A DNA stretch of 64,000 nucleotides, from NCBI GenBank assembly GCA_963771075.1, contig CAVYSE010000026.1, positions 80,687 through 144,686 of the forward strand, given 5' to 3'. Shown here in pieces: positions 54,492-63,300 of the stretch. The DNA is from a candidate division FCPU426 bacterium (GTDB lineage Bacteria > Oederibacteriota > Muellerivitia > Muellerivitales > Muellerivitaceae). The notes under the pieces are model-generated. The model did no database searches and was not told where the DNA came from. It saw nothing but the letters and a program-made list of their open reading frames with translations. The position numbers and the translations under genes are program-made. The stretch's first letter is position 1; each line of letters starts with the position of its first letter.

Positions 54492-55124
54492 TCATGGTTT
54501 GGTCCCATGGATCGTTTGGTTGGCGGTCTTCTCGAAAATAGGCAAATAATTTGCCCACTTCTCTTCGGGAGTGTAAAAATTAAGCATCACCTGTTTTTCT
54601 CTGAGAAAATAAATATATCCCAACGTTTTATGAAAGAAGAACTTTTTGAGGGAATTATCGTTGTTCATGATCCGGGTAACTATCCTTAAAACTGAAACGC
54701 CGTTGACCTGGACAATGCTTATTTCCAACAAGGCCATTCCCTTGTCTTTGTTTTTCTGAGCCAAAGACTCGAACGATTTTTCGAGGGCGTCCAAAGCTTC
54801 TTTCACATTTAAATGTTCCGGGTCCAATCCCACCACTTCCAGCGGGACGGCCACGGCGGTTAGGTAAGTCGCCCCAACATCCTGGAAAGATTCCGGATCC
54901 GCGGCGATGATGGAGTGGGAGTTTTTTGGGAGGCGCATATTCTCTGATAGCGATAAGAGTTCGGACGGGATATTGCCGGTTTTTCCGACCTTGACCCTGA
55001 TGCCGACATCGATCCAACCGTTCGGCATTGACACGATGACCGGCCTTTTTTGGTCTTCAACCGCCGAACAAACGCTCAAAGACAACAAGGGGTAAAAAAG
55101 AAACAATAAAAAATATTTCATCAA
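54492..55124 (-). CDS. Hypothetical secreted protein (cassette)
   Basis: Signal-peptide-like N-terminus; AGGA RBS. Confidence 0.6.
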   Translation of the reverse strand: MMKYFLLFLFYPLLSLSVCSAVEDQKRPVIVSMPNGWIDVGIRVKVGKTGNIPSELLSLSENMRLPKNSHSIIAADPESFQDVGATYLTAVAVPLEVVGLDPEHLNVKEALDALEKSFESLAQKNKDKGMALLEISIVQVNGVSVLRIVTRIMNNDNSLKKFFFHKTLGYIYFLREKQVMLNFYTPEEKWANYLPIFEKTANQTIHGTKP

Positions 55125-55204
55125 TTTAAGCCAGTTCCTTTCCGCTTATTAAATACATGAGATTCGGAACAAAGGTGTCGTCCACCCAAATCCAATATTC
55201 TGCT

Positions 55205-55269
55205 TGTCCAATCCGGGACCCCGCCATGTAACATGCGCTTTCGCTTAGCTACATGGCCCGTCGTGGTCA
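55205..55269. repeat. Cassette-boundary site E (65-bp long form)
   Basis: TGTCCAATCCGGGACCCC-GCCATGTAACATGCGCTTTCGCTTAGCTACATGGC-CCGTCGTGGTCA. Confidence 0.88.
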
Positions 55270-55280
55270 ATGATATTGGA

Positions 55281-55436
55281 TTAAACAGATTTTCCTTTTT
55301 TTCTTCGAAGCTTTTTTAACGATGCGGGCAACGGCCGGCATCCACAAGCTCGGGCGTGTTTAAAATGCCAGGCCAAGCGCTGCTCAAGGGTTGGCTTTTT
55401 AGGCATCGGATGTTTTTCGTGCCAAATATTATTCAT
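55281..55436 (-). CDS. 51-aa His/Cys-containing protein (cassette; absent from the ORF track)
   Basis: Manual translation MNNIWHEKHPMPKKPTLEQRLAWHFKHARACGCRPLPASLKKLRRKKGKSV; fills the gap between sites F and E. Confidence 0.7.
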   Translation of the reverse strand: MNNIWHEKHPMPKKPTLEQRLAWHFKHARACGCRPLPASLKKLRRKKGKSV

Positions 55437-55461
55437 CTTCCACATCCTTATTTCTTTTGAT

Positions 55462-55489
55462 TGTCATCGCCGGGTCCCCGTCGTGGACA
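55462..55489. repeat. Cassette-boundary site F (28 bp)
   Basis: TGTCATCGCCG-GGTCCC-CGTCGTGGACA. Confidence 0.88.
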
Positions 55490-55515
55490 AGTTTTTTAGA
55501 CGCTAAATCATTAGG

Positions 55516-55827
55516 CTATAAGCCTAACGCGAAATGGATGGCCTGCCGTACCTCATTCATTTTGGAGGCGGGCAAGGCCGTGATGAGCCCGCCCAATTTC
55601 GCCTTAGAGATTGTCTGGATATGGTCGCAGTTCACTGCGCAATCTTTCCCGAGTCCCTCATGGGGTCCCACCGACACCTCGCTAGGAATATTCCGGATGG
55701 TAGAGGTCAGAGGCGCGACGGTTACTTCGCCCAAATATTCAAGGATGGAGTTTCGCGTGAGGATCAAAACCGGCCGTTTCTTATCAGGATGGGTGAACTT
55801 ATACCAGCGAATTTCCCCCCGCTTCAT
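55516..55827 (-). CDS. PemK/MazF-family toxin
   Basis: MKRGEIRWY...DKKRPVLILTR and VTVAPLTSTIR. Confidence 0.9.
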   Translation of the reverse strand: MKRGEIRWYKFTHPDKKRPVLILTRNSILEYLGEVTVAPLTSTIRNIPSEVSVGPHEGLGKDCAVNCDHIQTISKAKLGGLITALPASKMNEVRQAIHFALGL

Positions 55828-56057
55828 TCGTCACCCCAGGCTTGTTCCTTTTCCCAAGCTCCCATCTCGCCAAGAGTGAAAGGGTGGTTTTGATAGCCCT
55901 GGCGATGTTGTTGTTCCAATTGCCGGGTTTTAAGATGACGAAGGGCATCCTTCAGCGCTAGCCGGGTGAAAGCGGACCGGGTTGTTTTCAATTTTTTAGC
56001 GGCAATATCCACAGACTTTATCAGTTCATCCTCCAACGTCATTTGTACCGTCCTCAT
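55824..56057 (-). CDS. Ribbon-helix-helix antitoxin
   Basis: MRTVQMTLEDELIKSVD...TRSAFTRLAL; 4-bp overlap with the toxin; paired ATAGCTAT palindromes upstream (56073-56092). Confidence 0.85.
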   Translation of the reverse strand: MRTVQMTLEDELIKSVDIAAKKLKTTRSAFTRLALKDALRHLKTRQLEQQHRQGYQNHPFTLGEMGAWEKEQAWGDE

Positions 56058-56131
56058 GAACCCCTCCCACAAATAGCTATATTCATAGCTATAATAGTAT
56101 ACAGACCAGTCGATATATCAAGTTCTAAGGT

Positions 56132-56196
56132 GGTCCGCGATGGGTCCCCGGCATGTAGCATGCGCTTGCGCTTAGCTACATGGCCCGTCGTGGACA
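56132..56196. repeat. Cassette-boundary site G (65-bp long form)
   Basis: GGTCCGCGATGGGTCCCC-GGCATGTAGCATGCGCTTGCGCTTAGCTACATGGC-CCGTCGTGGACA. Confidence 0.92.
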
Positions 56197-56224
56197 GGCA
56201 TTGCGTCACTAAAAATTAAGATTT

Positions 56225-56854
56225 TCATTCCGGAATTCCCCAATTATTAAATAGTTCCGTATCTCTTTTGTGGAGTGTGCACTTTTTAATGGTGATGGCG
56301 GGCATTGAAATTAAACGGTCCGAAACTTTGGCCAGGAAATCATCCCTCTTGGAATAGACCTCCCAAGAACGCCCATCCTCGCAGAAAAAGCAGACCTCGG
56401 AATGCTTTTGGATCAGGTCATAGTATAAGTTCCGTGTGGCCGGGGCGAACGCCTGGAATAATGCCAAGGCCAATGGCTTGAAAGTACTCTCGGGCCCGGG
56501 GAGACCGATGAGGTCAAGGCTATCATCCCTCAGATACTTGGCGTGTTTTGGAAGGATGCCGCATTTCATTCCGCAGGCCCCTCCATTCTCAAATTCCGGG
56601 ATCGAAATGGAGTATTTGCCATGCTCTTCCATGCCGCCAGGCACATAGGTCAAGTCTACAAAGGGAGTGGATTGGAAGGCGTGCGCGAACCAATAGTATG
56701 GTTGGAGGTCGGGGAGAATGGTTTCAAAGAAATACTCAAAGGCCCTCCGCCCCGCGGGAACACCGAAAACCCTTTTTTTGTCGGCTTCGACGGCGGATTT
56801 GGACCCGAAGGAATGGATGCCGGGATTTTCAAATTTAATATAAAGACCATTCAT
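56225..56854 (-). CDS. Hypothetical protein (cassette)
   Basis: Single ORF filling the interval between sites H and G. Confidence 0.65.
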   Translation of the reverse strand: MNGLYIKFENPGIHSFGSKSAVEADKKRVFGVPAGRRAFEYFFETILPDLQPYYWFAHAFQSTPFVDLTYVPGGMEEHGKYSISIPEFENGGACGMKCGILPKHAKYLRDDSLDLIGLPGPESTFKPLALALFQAFAPATRNLYYDLIQKHSEVCFFCEDGRSWEVYSKRDDFLAKVSDRLISMPAITIKKCTLHKRDTELFNNWGIPE

Positions 56855-56876
56855 CGCTTACCATCCAATATTTCGT

Positions 56877-56928
56877 TGTCCGCGATCCCTGCCCCAAGCC
56901 GGGGGCTTGGGGCTCCCCATTGTGGACA
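56877..56928. repeat. Cassette-boundary site H (52 bp, different inner hairpin)
   Basis: TGTCCGCGAT-CCCT-GCCCCAAGCC-GG-GGGCTTGGGGC-TCCCC-ATTGTGGACA. Confidence 0.85.
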
Positions 56929-56996
56929 ACGATTTCAGGGGAACTCCCCCATCCCTCACGACAGCTAATTTAGGGAATGATTAACCAGTTAGCCGC

Positions 56997-57593
56997 CTAT
57001 TCACCAATAGTACCTGTCTTGACTTTTCCAGCTCGCTTGTAATTGGCAATAATCACTCCACTTGGCGTAACAATGCTCTCTATTAATGTAAACGTTGTCG
57101 GAGCCGCGCCACTTTCAAACAATTTTTTCCCTTTACCAAGGGTCAAAGGGAAAATCTTGAGCCTGAGTTCGTCCACTAAATCATTCTTAAGTAGTAGCTG
57201 AATAAGTTTACTGCTGCCCCAAACTTGAATGTCAAAACCTTCCGAATTTTTGACCTTTTTGATATCCGCCAAGCTTTTGAAGAATACTGTGTTTTTCCAT
57301 TCTGACTTTTTCACGGTCTTGGACAGGACGTATTTTGTGCCATCATTGATACCAGGCCAAATGTCCGCGTGTTTAGGCCAGAAAGAGGACCACATCGCAA
57401 ACGTTTTTCTGCCCAAAAGATAATCCGCGGTTTGTTTCAACTCTTTTTGCACCACCGCATTACCGACTTCGTCACCATACGGCGCACTCCAACCGCCATA
57501 TTTGAAACCCCCTGATTTATCTTCCTGGGGACCACCTTGTGCTTGCATGACTCCATCTAATGTAATCATTGATAAGACGATTATCTTTCTCAT
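56997..57593 (-). CDS. Dihydrofolate reductase-like / RibD C-terminal family protein (cassette)
   Basis: MRKIIVLSMITLDGVMQ, LLGRKTF, IQVWGSSKLIQ and PLTLGKGKKLF. Confidence 0.88.
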   Translation of the reverse strand: MRKIIVLSMITLDGVMQAQGGPQEDKSGGFKYGGWSAPYGDEVGNAVVQKELKQTADYLLGRKTFAMWSSFWPKHADIWPGINDGTKYVLSKTVKKSEWKNTVFFKSLADIKKVKNSEGFDIQVWGSSKLIQLLLKNDLVDELRLKIFPLTLGKGKKLFESGAAPTTFTLIESIVTPSGVIIANYKRAGKVKTGTIGE

Positions 57594-57634
57594 GTATTTA
57601 CACCTTCAAAGTTTAATGCCTATGACGTTTTAGG

Positions 57635-57662
57635 TGTCCGCGATGGGTCCCCATCATGGACA
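57635..57662. repeat. Cassette-boundary site I (28 bp)
   Basis: TGTCCGCGATG-GGTCCC-CATCATGGACA. Confidence 0.9.
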
Positions 57663-57681
57663 AGCGTTAATCAAGAATCAC

Positions 57682-58521
57682 CTAATTTGTAAATGTGACC
57701 GCATGGTTGAAAACATTCTTAAACGTAGAATTAACTAAAGGTTTCGAGGGATCTACTTGATCAACATCGTAATAACGATAGATGATCTGATTTTGCCTCT
57801 TTTCTATCTCTGCATATCCCCAGGGATGAGCCGTGGCAAAATCAAATTTCAACAATGTTTTGGTTGATGTCATTTGATCCAACGAACGGAAAAATACGAA
57901 ATCTTTTTTATTCAATGTTTTTTTCATCTTAAAGAGCATCAATACATACCGTTCAAGAAACGCCTTTTCCACAGAGACTTCTGCTCCATTGTCCGTAGTC
58001 TGGCCATACACCATCCAAATATTTCTTGCCTTTTTGATCAATTTCTCAGGATCGGTAATTTTCTCTAAAGGATATTTTTCAACGAGTCTAAGAGAATCAC
58101 GCCAACTGCATCGGAGGGCACGATATTTATGTTCGTGGGTTCTCTTCAAATATAATACCCACTGACTGATATCGGTTCGATCAATCGTAAAAGAAAATAG
58201 AATCGTAGTAGCGTCTGGATCCGAAAAATCTGATATGTCTATTTCTGCCTCAGTATTGGCCGGATTTAAAACCCCCCGGAAGTCTTGGGTCTTAAATAAT
58301 TGCCGTACAGGTATTACCCCAATTTTTTTTACCTCTAAGGTCGCATTTGAAAAATAGTCAAAAGAAATGATTAAATCTGCTTGATCGAATGCTTGAATGA
58401 TTGGAAGACCATAACTTTTATGTGGAGTTGGCATCATTAAAGAAGGCTGTGCGAATAAAAGGGCTGAACATAAAAAGTAACCGGTTGCCAATAGGATCAT
58501 TTTTGATAAACCAATATTCAT
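57682..58521 (-). CDS. Hypothetical secreted protein (AT-rich cassette)
   Basis: Signal peptide, GAGG RBS; fills the interval between sites J and I. Confidence 0.7.
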   Translation of the reverse strand: MNIGLSKMILLATGYFLCSALLFAQPSLMMPTPHKSYGLPIIQAFDQADLIISFDYFSNATLEVKKIGVIPVRQLFKTQDFRGVLNPANTEAEIDISDFSDPDATTILFSFTIDRTDISQWVLYLKRTHEHKYRALRCSWRDSLRLVEKYPLEKITDPEKLIKKARNIWMVYGQTTDNGAEVSVEKAFLERYVLMLFKMKKTLNKKDFVFFRSLDQMTSTKTLLKFDFATAHPWGYAEIEKRQNQIIYRYYDVDQVDPSKPLVNSTFKNVFNHAVTFTN

Positions 58522-58546
58522 TTATGCCTCACATAACATTTTTACC

Positions 58547-59008
58547 TTATTTACTAAAAACCATGTCCACGATGGGTCCCCGTCGTGGACAACCATGAAC
58601 TATCAAAAATCCGTTACCACCATTTTCCGGGTTGCTTATTTTCGTTAAACTGACCCAAGCATTCATTTCGAGACTGATATAGGTCGCAACCGCATCAATT
58701 GAACTTTTAAATGTTAATTCATGGCCCAGATTCGGTTTGGGATCTTTGATGCCATATCCAGTGATCCGATAATATCCATCCTGCCCCCAACTGCTGAATG
58801 TCCACCCAAAATCCGTTCGTTTGTCTGACCACCCAATCCATTTATCTATTAAATCCTTGTGGCCTTCTAAATATTCTTTGAAGTCTTCAACACAAATGTT
58901 CTTCCGGTGGTCCATAAATCCGGATTCTTTTAAATAATCTTGAATCGATTTGTCCGATATGAGGGGGTACCGGCATATCGTTTGGGCGATTTCTTTCAAA
59001 TCTTCCAT
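58547..59008 (-). CDS. Hypothetical protein (cassette); reading frame runs through site J
   Basis: GGGGGA RBS before ATG at 59008. Confidence 0.6.
   Translation of the reverse strand: MEDLKEIAQTICRYPLISDKSIQDYLKESGFMDHRKNICVEDFKEYLEGHKDLIDKWIGWSDKRTDFGWTFSSWGQDGYYRITGYGIKDPKPNLGHELTFKSSIDAVATYISLEMNAWVSLTKISNPENGGNGFLIVHGCPRRGPIVDMVFSK
58564..58591. repeat. Cassette-boundary site J (28-bp consensus)
   Basis: TGTCCACGATG-GGTCCC-CGTCGTGGACA. Confidence 0.95.
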
Positions 59009-59060
59009 TTTTTATCCCCCCAGGTCATGTTGACCAACCCCCAGCTGAGCCAATTTTACC

Positions 59061-59088
59061 TGTCCACGATGGGTCCCCGTCGTGGACA
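59061..59088. repeat. Cassette-boundary site K (28-bp consensus)
   Basis: Identical to site J. Confidence 0.95.
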
Positions 59089-59120
59089 ACCACTTACCAC
59101 ATTTAAAACCATTCCTGAAA

Positions 59121-59806
59121 TTATCCCATCCCAAGGTCTTTTACAAAATTTGCATCATCCTTAAATTTTTTAACCCCTAATTGATCAGCAATGATTCTTC
59201 TAACTACTGTTCTCACCTCACCAGGTCTCCATGCCTTAACTTTCATCCTAATCTTTTCGGGTGCTTTCTAACGATATAACTGACAATATCTTCAACACGT
59301 TTCACTTCCGAAATTAAAAACGAATTTCTTGGGTACTTGTTGGTCAAAATAAAGCCAATAACAATAGCTCCAATTGCGCAAAACAGACTCCAAGCAATAC
59401 TCCTGGCTCGATAATAAGTGAAAGCAAAAATGGTTGCCGAAAGAAACCATAGTGTCACCTGAAGCCAGACAGGCCTAGCCAGTTTTGGAAACGTAGATAA
59501 CCCCATTTTTTTCTGCCAAGAACTCCAAAATTCAATGCGATTTTTTTTAGGAACTATTTCTCTAAGAAGAGACTTTGGGCGAAACATTGCCCTTGGAATC
59601 GTCTCCAATTTCATGAAAGAATTTCGGCATAAATGAAAGGCTTTTTGGGACAAACACCGTTCGTCACCTTCCTCGATGTTGATCTTTGAAGCAACAAGGT
59701 CAATAAGGATTCTTGGCGTTGAACACTTCATAGCCTCCTCGTCTGATATCGAAATTTTAAAAACATCTTCGACTTGTAAGATAATTTCCAATCCATCCAA
59801 TCCCAC
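59121..59806 (-). CDS. Membrane protein with acyl-carrier-like termini (cassette; frameshift near 59255)
   Basis: N-terminus MGLDGLEIILQVEDVFKISISDEEA; one added A continues the frame into ...IIADQLGVKKFKDDANFVKDLGMG*. Confidence 0.65.
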
Positions 59807-59849
59807 TTATGCCTCCCAATATTAGACTGCGATTTCTTCGCTTTTATCC

Positions 59850-59877
59850 TGTCCACGATGGGTCCCCGTCGTGGACA
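59850..59877. repeat. Cassette-boundary site L (28-bp consensus)
   Basis: Identical to sites J and K; immediately followed by the intron-like sequence. Confidence 0.95.
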
Positions 59878-60364
59878 TCGTGCCAGCGAAGGTTTGTAGA
59901 GCCAGCAGGTGAGGGAGTAGGCCGAAGAGGGCCAGCCCAAATCCTGACCAGGTAATCGCCAGAGAGCCTGGAAGTCAGCCCCCGGCGTAGGACCGAGAGG
60001 TTCTGCCCGAAACGGGGTCATAAACCTCATTCAGTGAGGGAACAATCTAGCAGTCCGCAACATCAAGTGAATCCTGCCGCGTCGTGAATGGGACACCGAA
60101 AGGTGCAAGAGGATGCCGAGCCGCGTGTCTACCGGCGAAGGCCACGATCCCGCTGAAGAATCTGGAGCAAGCGGGGCAAGTCCTCCGGCGTATGGGGAAC
60201 GGAATGCTGGAAAGGCTTTGCAAGCAACCTGGGAGATCCTACCCACCAAAAGACTTGCCGCTATAAGGCTAAAACCGAAAGGGGCAAGGGCGGGAGGAAT
60301 TCGGAGGGGGTCACAATACCTGTGAAGGGTGGACAACAAAACCACCTGGGAGGGAGAGGGACCC
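59878..60364 (+). mobile_element. Group II intron (IIB-like), 5' part covering domains I-III, truncated by the fold-back
   Basis: Start (TC)GTGCCAGCG, GTGAATCCTGC, GCCGAGCC-loop-GGCGAAGGC, AACCTGGGAGATCCT and the D2/D3-like TCGGAGGGGGTCACAATACC...GGAGGGAGAGGGACCC. No RT ORF or domain V is visible. Confidence 0.72.
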
Positions 60365-63300
60365 CCTCCGACTTTCCTCCCGCCCTTGCCCCTTTTCGGT
60401 TTTAGCCTTATAGCGGCAAGTCTTTTGGCGGGTACTCTCCTGGTTGCTTGCAAACCCTTTTTCCAGCATTCCGTTCCCCATACGCCCGGAGGACTTGCCC
60501 CGCTTGCTCCAGATATTCTTCAGCGGGATCGTGGCCCTCGGCCAGGTAGACACGCGGCTCGGCATCCTCTTGCCACCTTTCGGTGTCCCGCAGATTTCAC
60601 TTGATTTTGCGGAGCTCTAGATTGTTCCCTCACTGAATGAGGTTTATGACCCCGTTTCGGGCAGAACCTCTCGGCCTCCTACGCCGGGGGCTGACTTCCA
60701 GGCTCTCTGGCAAACTCAGATTGGGCTGGCCCTCTTCGGCCTACTCCCTCACCTGCTGGCTCTACAAACCTTCCGCTGGCACGATGTCCACGACGGGGAG
60801 CCCATCGTGGACAGGATAAAAGCGAAGAAATCAGCAGTCTAATATTGGGAGACATAAGTATGATCATAGATGAGTTGGAAATTATCTTACAAGTCGAAGA
60901 TGTTTTTAAAATTTGGTAATCAGACGAGGAGGCTATGAAGTGTTCAACGCCAAGAATCCTTATTGACCTTGTTGCTTCCAGGATTCAACATCGAGGAAGG
61001 TGACGAACGGTGTTTGTCCCAAAAAGCCTTTCATTTATGCCGAAATTCTTTCATGAAATTGGAGACGATTCCAAGGGCAATGTTTCGCCCAAAGTTCTTG
61101 AGAAATGGTTCCCTAAAAAAAATCGCATTGAATTTTGGAGTTCTTTGGCAGGGAAAAATCGGGGTTATCTACGTTTTTCCAAAACTGGCTAGGCCTGTCT
61201 GGCTTCAGGTGACACTATGGTTTCTTTCGGCAACCATTTTTGCTTTCACTTATTATCGAGCCAGGAGTATTGCTTGGAGCATCTGTTTTGCGCAATTGGA
61301 GACTGTGTTACTGGCTTTATTTTGACCAACAAGTACCCAAGAAATTCGTTTTTAATTTCAAAAGTGAAACGTGTTGAGAAGATATTGTCAGTTATATCGT
61401 TCAAAGTACAAAAAAGATTAGGATGAAAGTTAAGGCATGGAGACCTGCTGGTGAGGTGAGAACAGTAGTTAGAAGAATCATTGCTGATCAATTAGGGGTT
61501 AAAAAATTTAAGGATGATGCAAATTTTGTAAAAGACCTTGGGATGGGATAATTTCAGGAAATGGTTTTAAATGTGGTAAGTGGTTGTCCACGACAAGAAT
61601 ACATCGTGGACAGGTAAAATTGGCTCAGCTGAGGGGGTTGGTCAACGGACCTGGGGGATAAAAAATGGAAGATTTGAAAGAAATCGCCCAAACGATATGC
61701 GGTACCCCCTCATATCGGACAAATCGATTCAAGATTATTTAAAAGAATCCAGATTTATGGAGAAGCCGGAAGAAACATTGCTGTTGAAGACTTCAAAGAA
61801 TATTTAGAAGGCCACAAGGATTTAATAGATAAATGGATTGGGTGGTCAGACAAACGAACGGAGTTTTGGGTGGACATTCAGCAGTTGGGGGCAGGATGGA
61901 TATTATCGGATCACTGGATATGGCATCAAAGATCCCAACCAAATAATAAATTAACATTTAAAAGTTCAATTGATGCGGTTGCGACCTCTGTGAGTTCTCG
62001 AAATGAATGCTTGGGCTCAGTTTAACGAAAATAAGCAACCCGGAAAATGGTGGTAACGGATTTTTGATAGTTCATGGTTGTCCACGACGGGGACCCATCG
62101 TGGACATGGTTTTTAGTAAATAAGGTAAAAATGTTATGTGAGGCATAAATGAATATTGGTTTATCAAAAATGATCCTATTGGCAACCGGTTACTTTTTAT
62201 GTTCAGCCCTTTTATTCGCACAGCCTTCTTTAATGATGCCAACTCCACATAAAAGTTATGGTCTTCCAATCATTCAAGCATTCGATCAAGCAGATTTAAT
62301 CATTTCTTTTGACTATTTTTCAAATGCGACCTTAGAGGTAAAAAAAATTGGGGTAATACCTGTACGGCAATTATTTAAGACCCAAGACTTCCGGGGGGTT
62401 TTAAATCCGGCCAATACTGAGGCAGAAATAGACATATCAGATTTTTCGGATCCAGACGCTACTACGATTCTATTTTCTTTTACGATTGATCGAACCGATA
62501 TCAGTCAGTGGGTATTATATTTGAAGAGAACCCACGAACATAAATATCGTGCCCTCCGATGCAGTTGGCGTGATTCTCTTAGACTCGTTGAAAAATATCC
62601 TTTAGAGAAAATTACCGATCCTGAGAAATTGATCAAAAAGGCAAGAAATATTTGGATGGTGTATGGCCAGACTACGGACAATGGAGCAGAAGTCTCTGTG
62701 GAAAAGGCGTTTCTTGAACGGTATGTATTGATGCTCTTTAAGATGAAAAAAACATTGAATAAAAAAGATTTCGTATTTTTCCGTTCGTTGGATCAAATGA
62801 CATCAACCAAAACATTGTTGAAATTTGATTTTGCCACGGCTCATCCCTGGGGATATGCAGAGATAGAAAAGAGGCAAAATCAGATCATCTATCGTTATTA
62901 CGATGTTGATCAAGTAGATCCCTCGAAACCTTTAGTTAATTCTACGTTTAAGAATGTTTTCAACCATGCGGTCACATTTACAAATTAGGTGATTCTTGAT
63001 TAACGCTTGTCCATGATGGGGACCCATCGCGGACACCTAAAACGTCATAGGCATTAAACTTTGAAGGTGTAAATACATGAGAAAAATAATCGTCTTATCA
63101 TTTATTACATTAGATGGAGTAATGCAGGCGCCGGTGGCCCCCAGGAAGATACATCAGGCGGGTTTCAAATACGGCGGTTGGAGTGCACCTTATTGTGACA
63201 AAGTCTGGCAATGAGGTGATGCAAAAACAAATGAAACAAACTGCAGATTATCTTTTGGGCAGAAAAACGTTTGAGATTTGTGCCACCTACTGGCCAACAT

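Noticed and set aside
52954..59877. CRISPR array (28-bp palindromic repeats)
   Set aside because: Intervals are 0.2-3.4 kb and contain whole genes, repeat length varies, and no cas genes are present.
49460..59877. Canonical integron attC sites or intI
   Set aside because: No RYYYAAC...GTTRRRY ends on the cassette strand, the short form is only 28 bp, and no integrase is in the window.
49460..59877. Sites as intrinsic terminators
   Set aside because: No consistent poly-T tail on either side, and primary sequence is conserved across unrelated genes.
60031..60867. Short ORFs across the intron and fold-back
   Set aside because: They overlap structured intron RNA and its mirror copy, and show no RT or other domain motifs.
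62149..62988. Second copy of the 279-aa gene as a real paralogue
   Set aside because: Exact mirror of 57682-58521 within the probable fold-back artefact.
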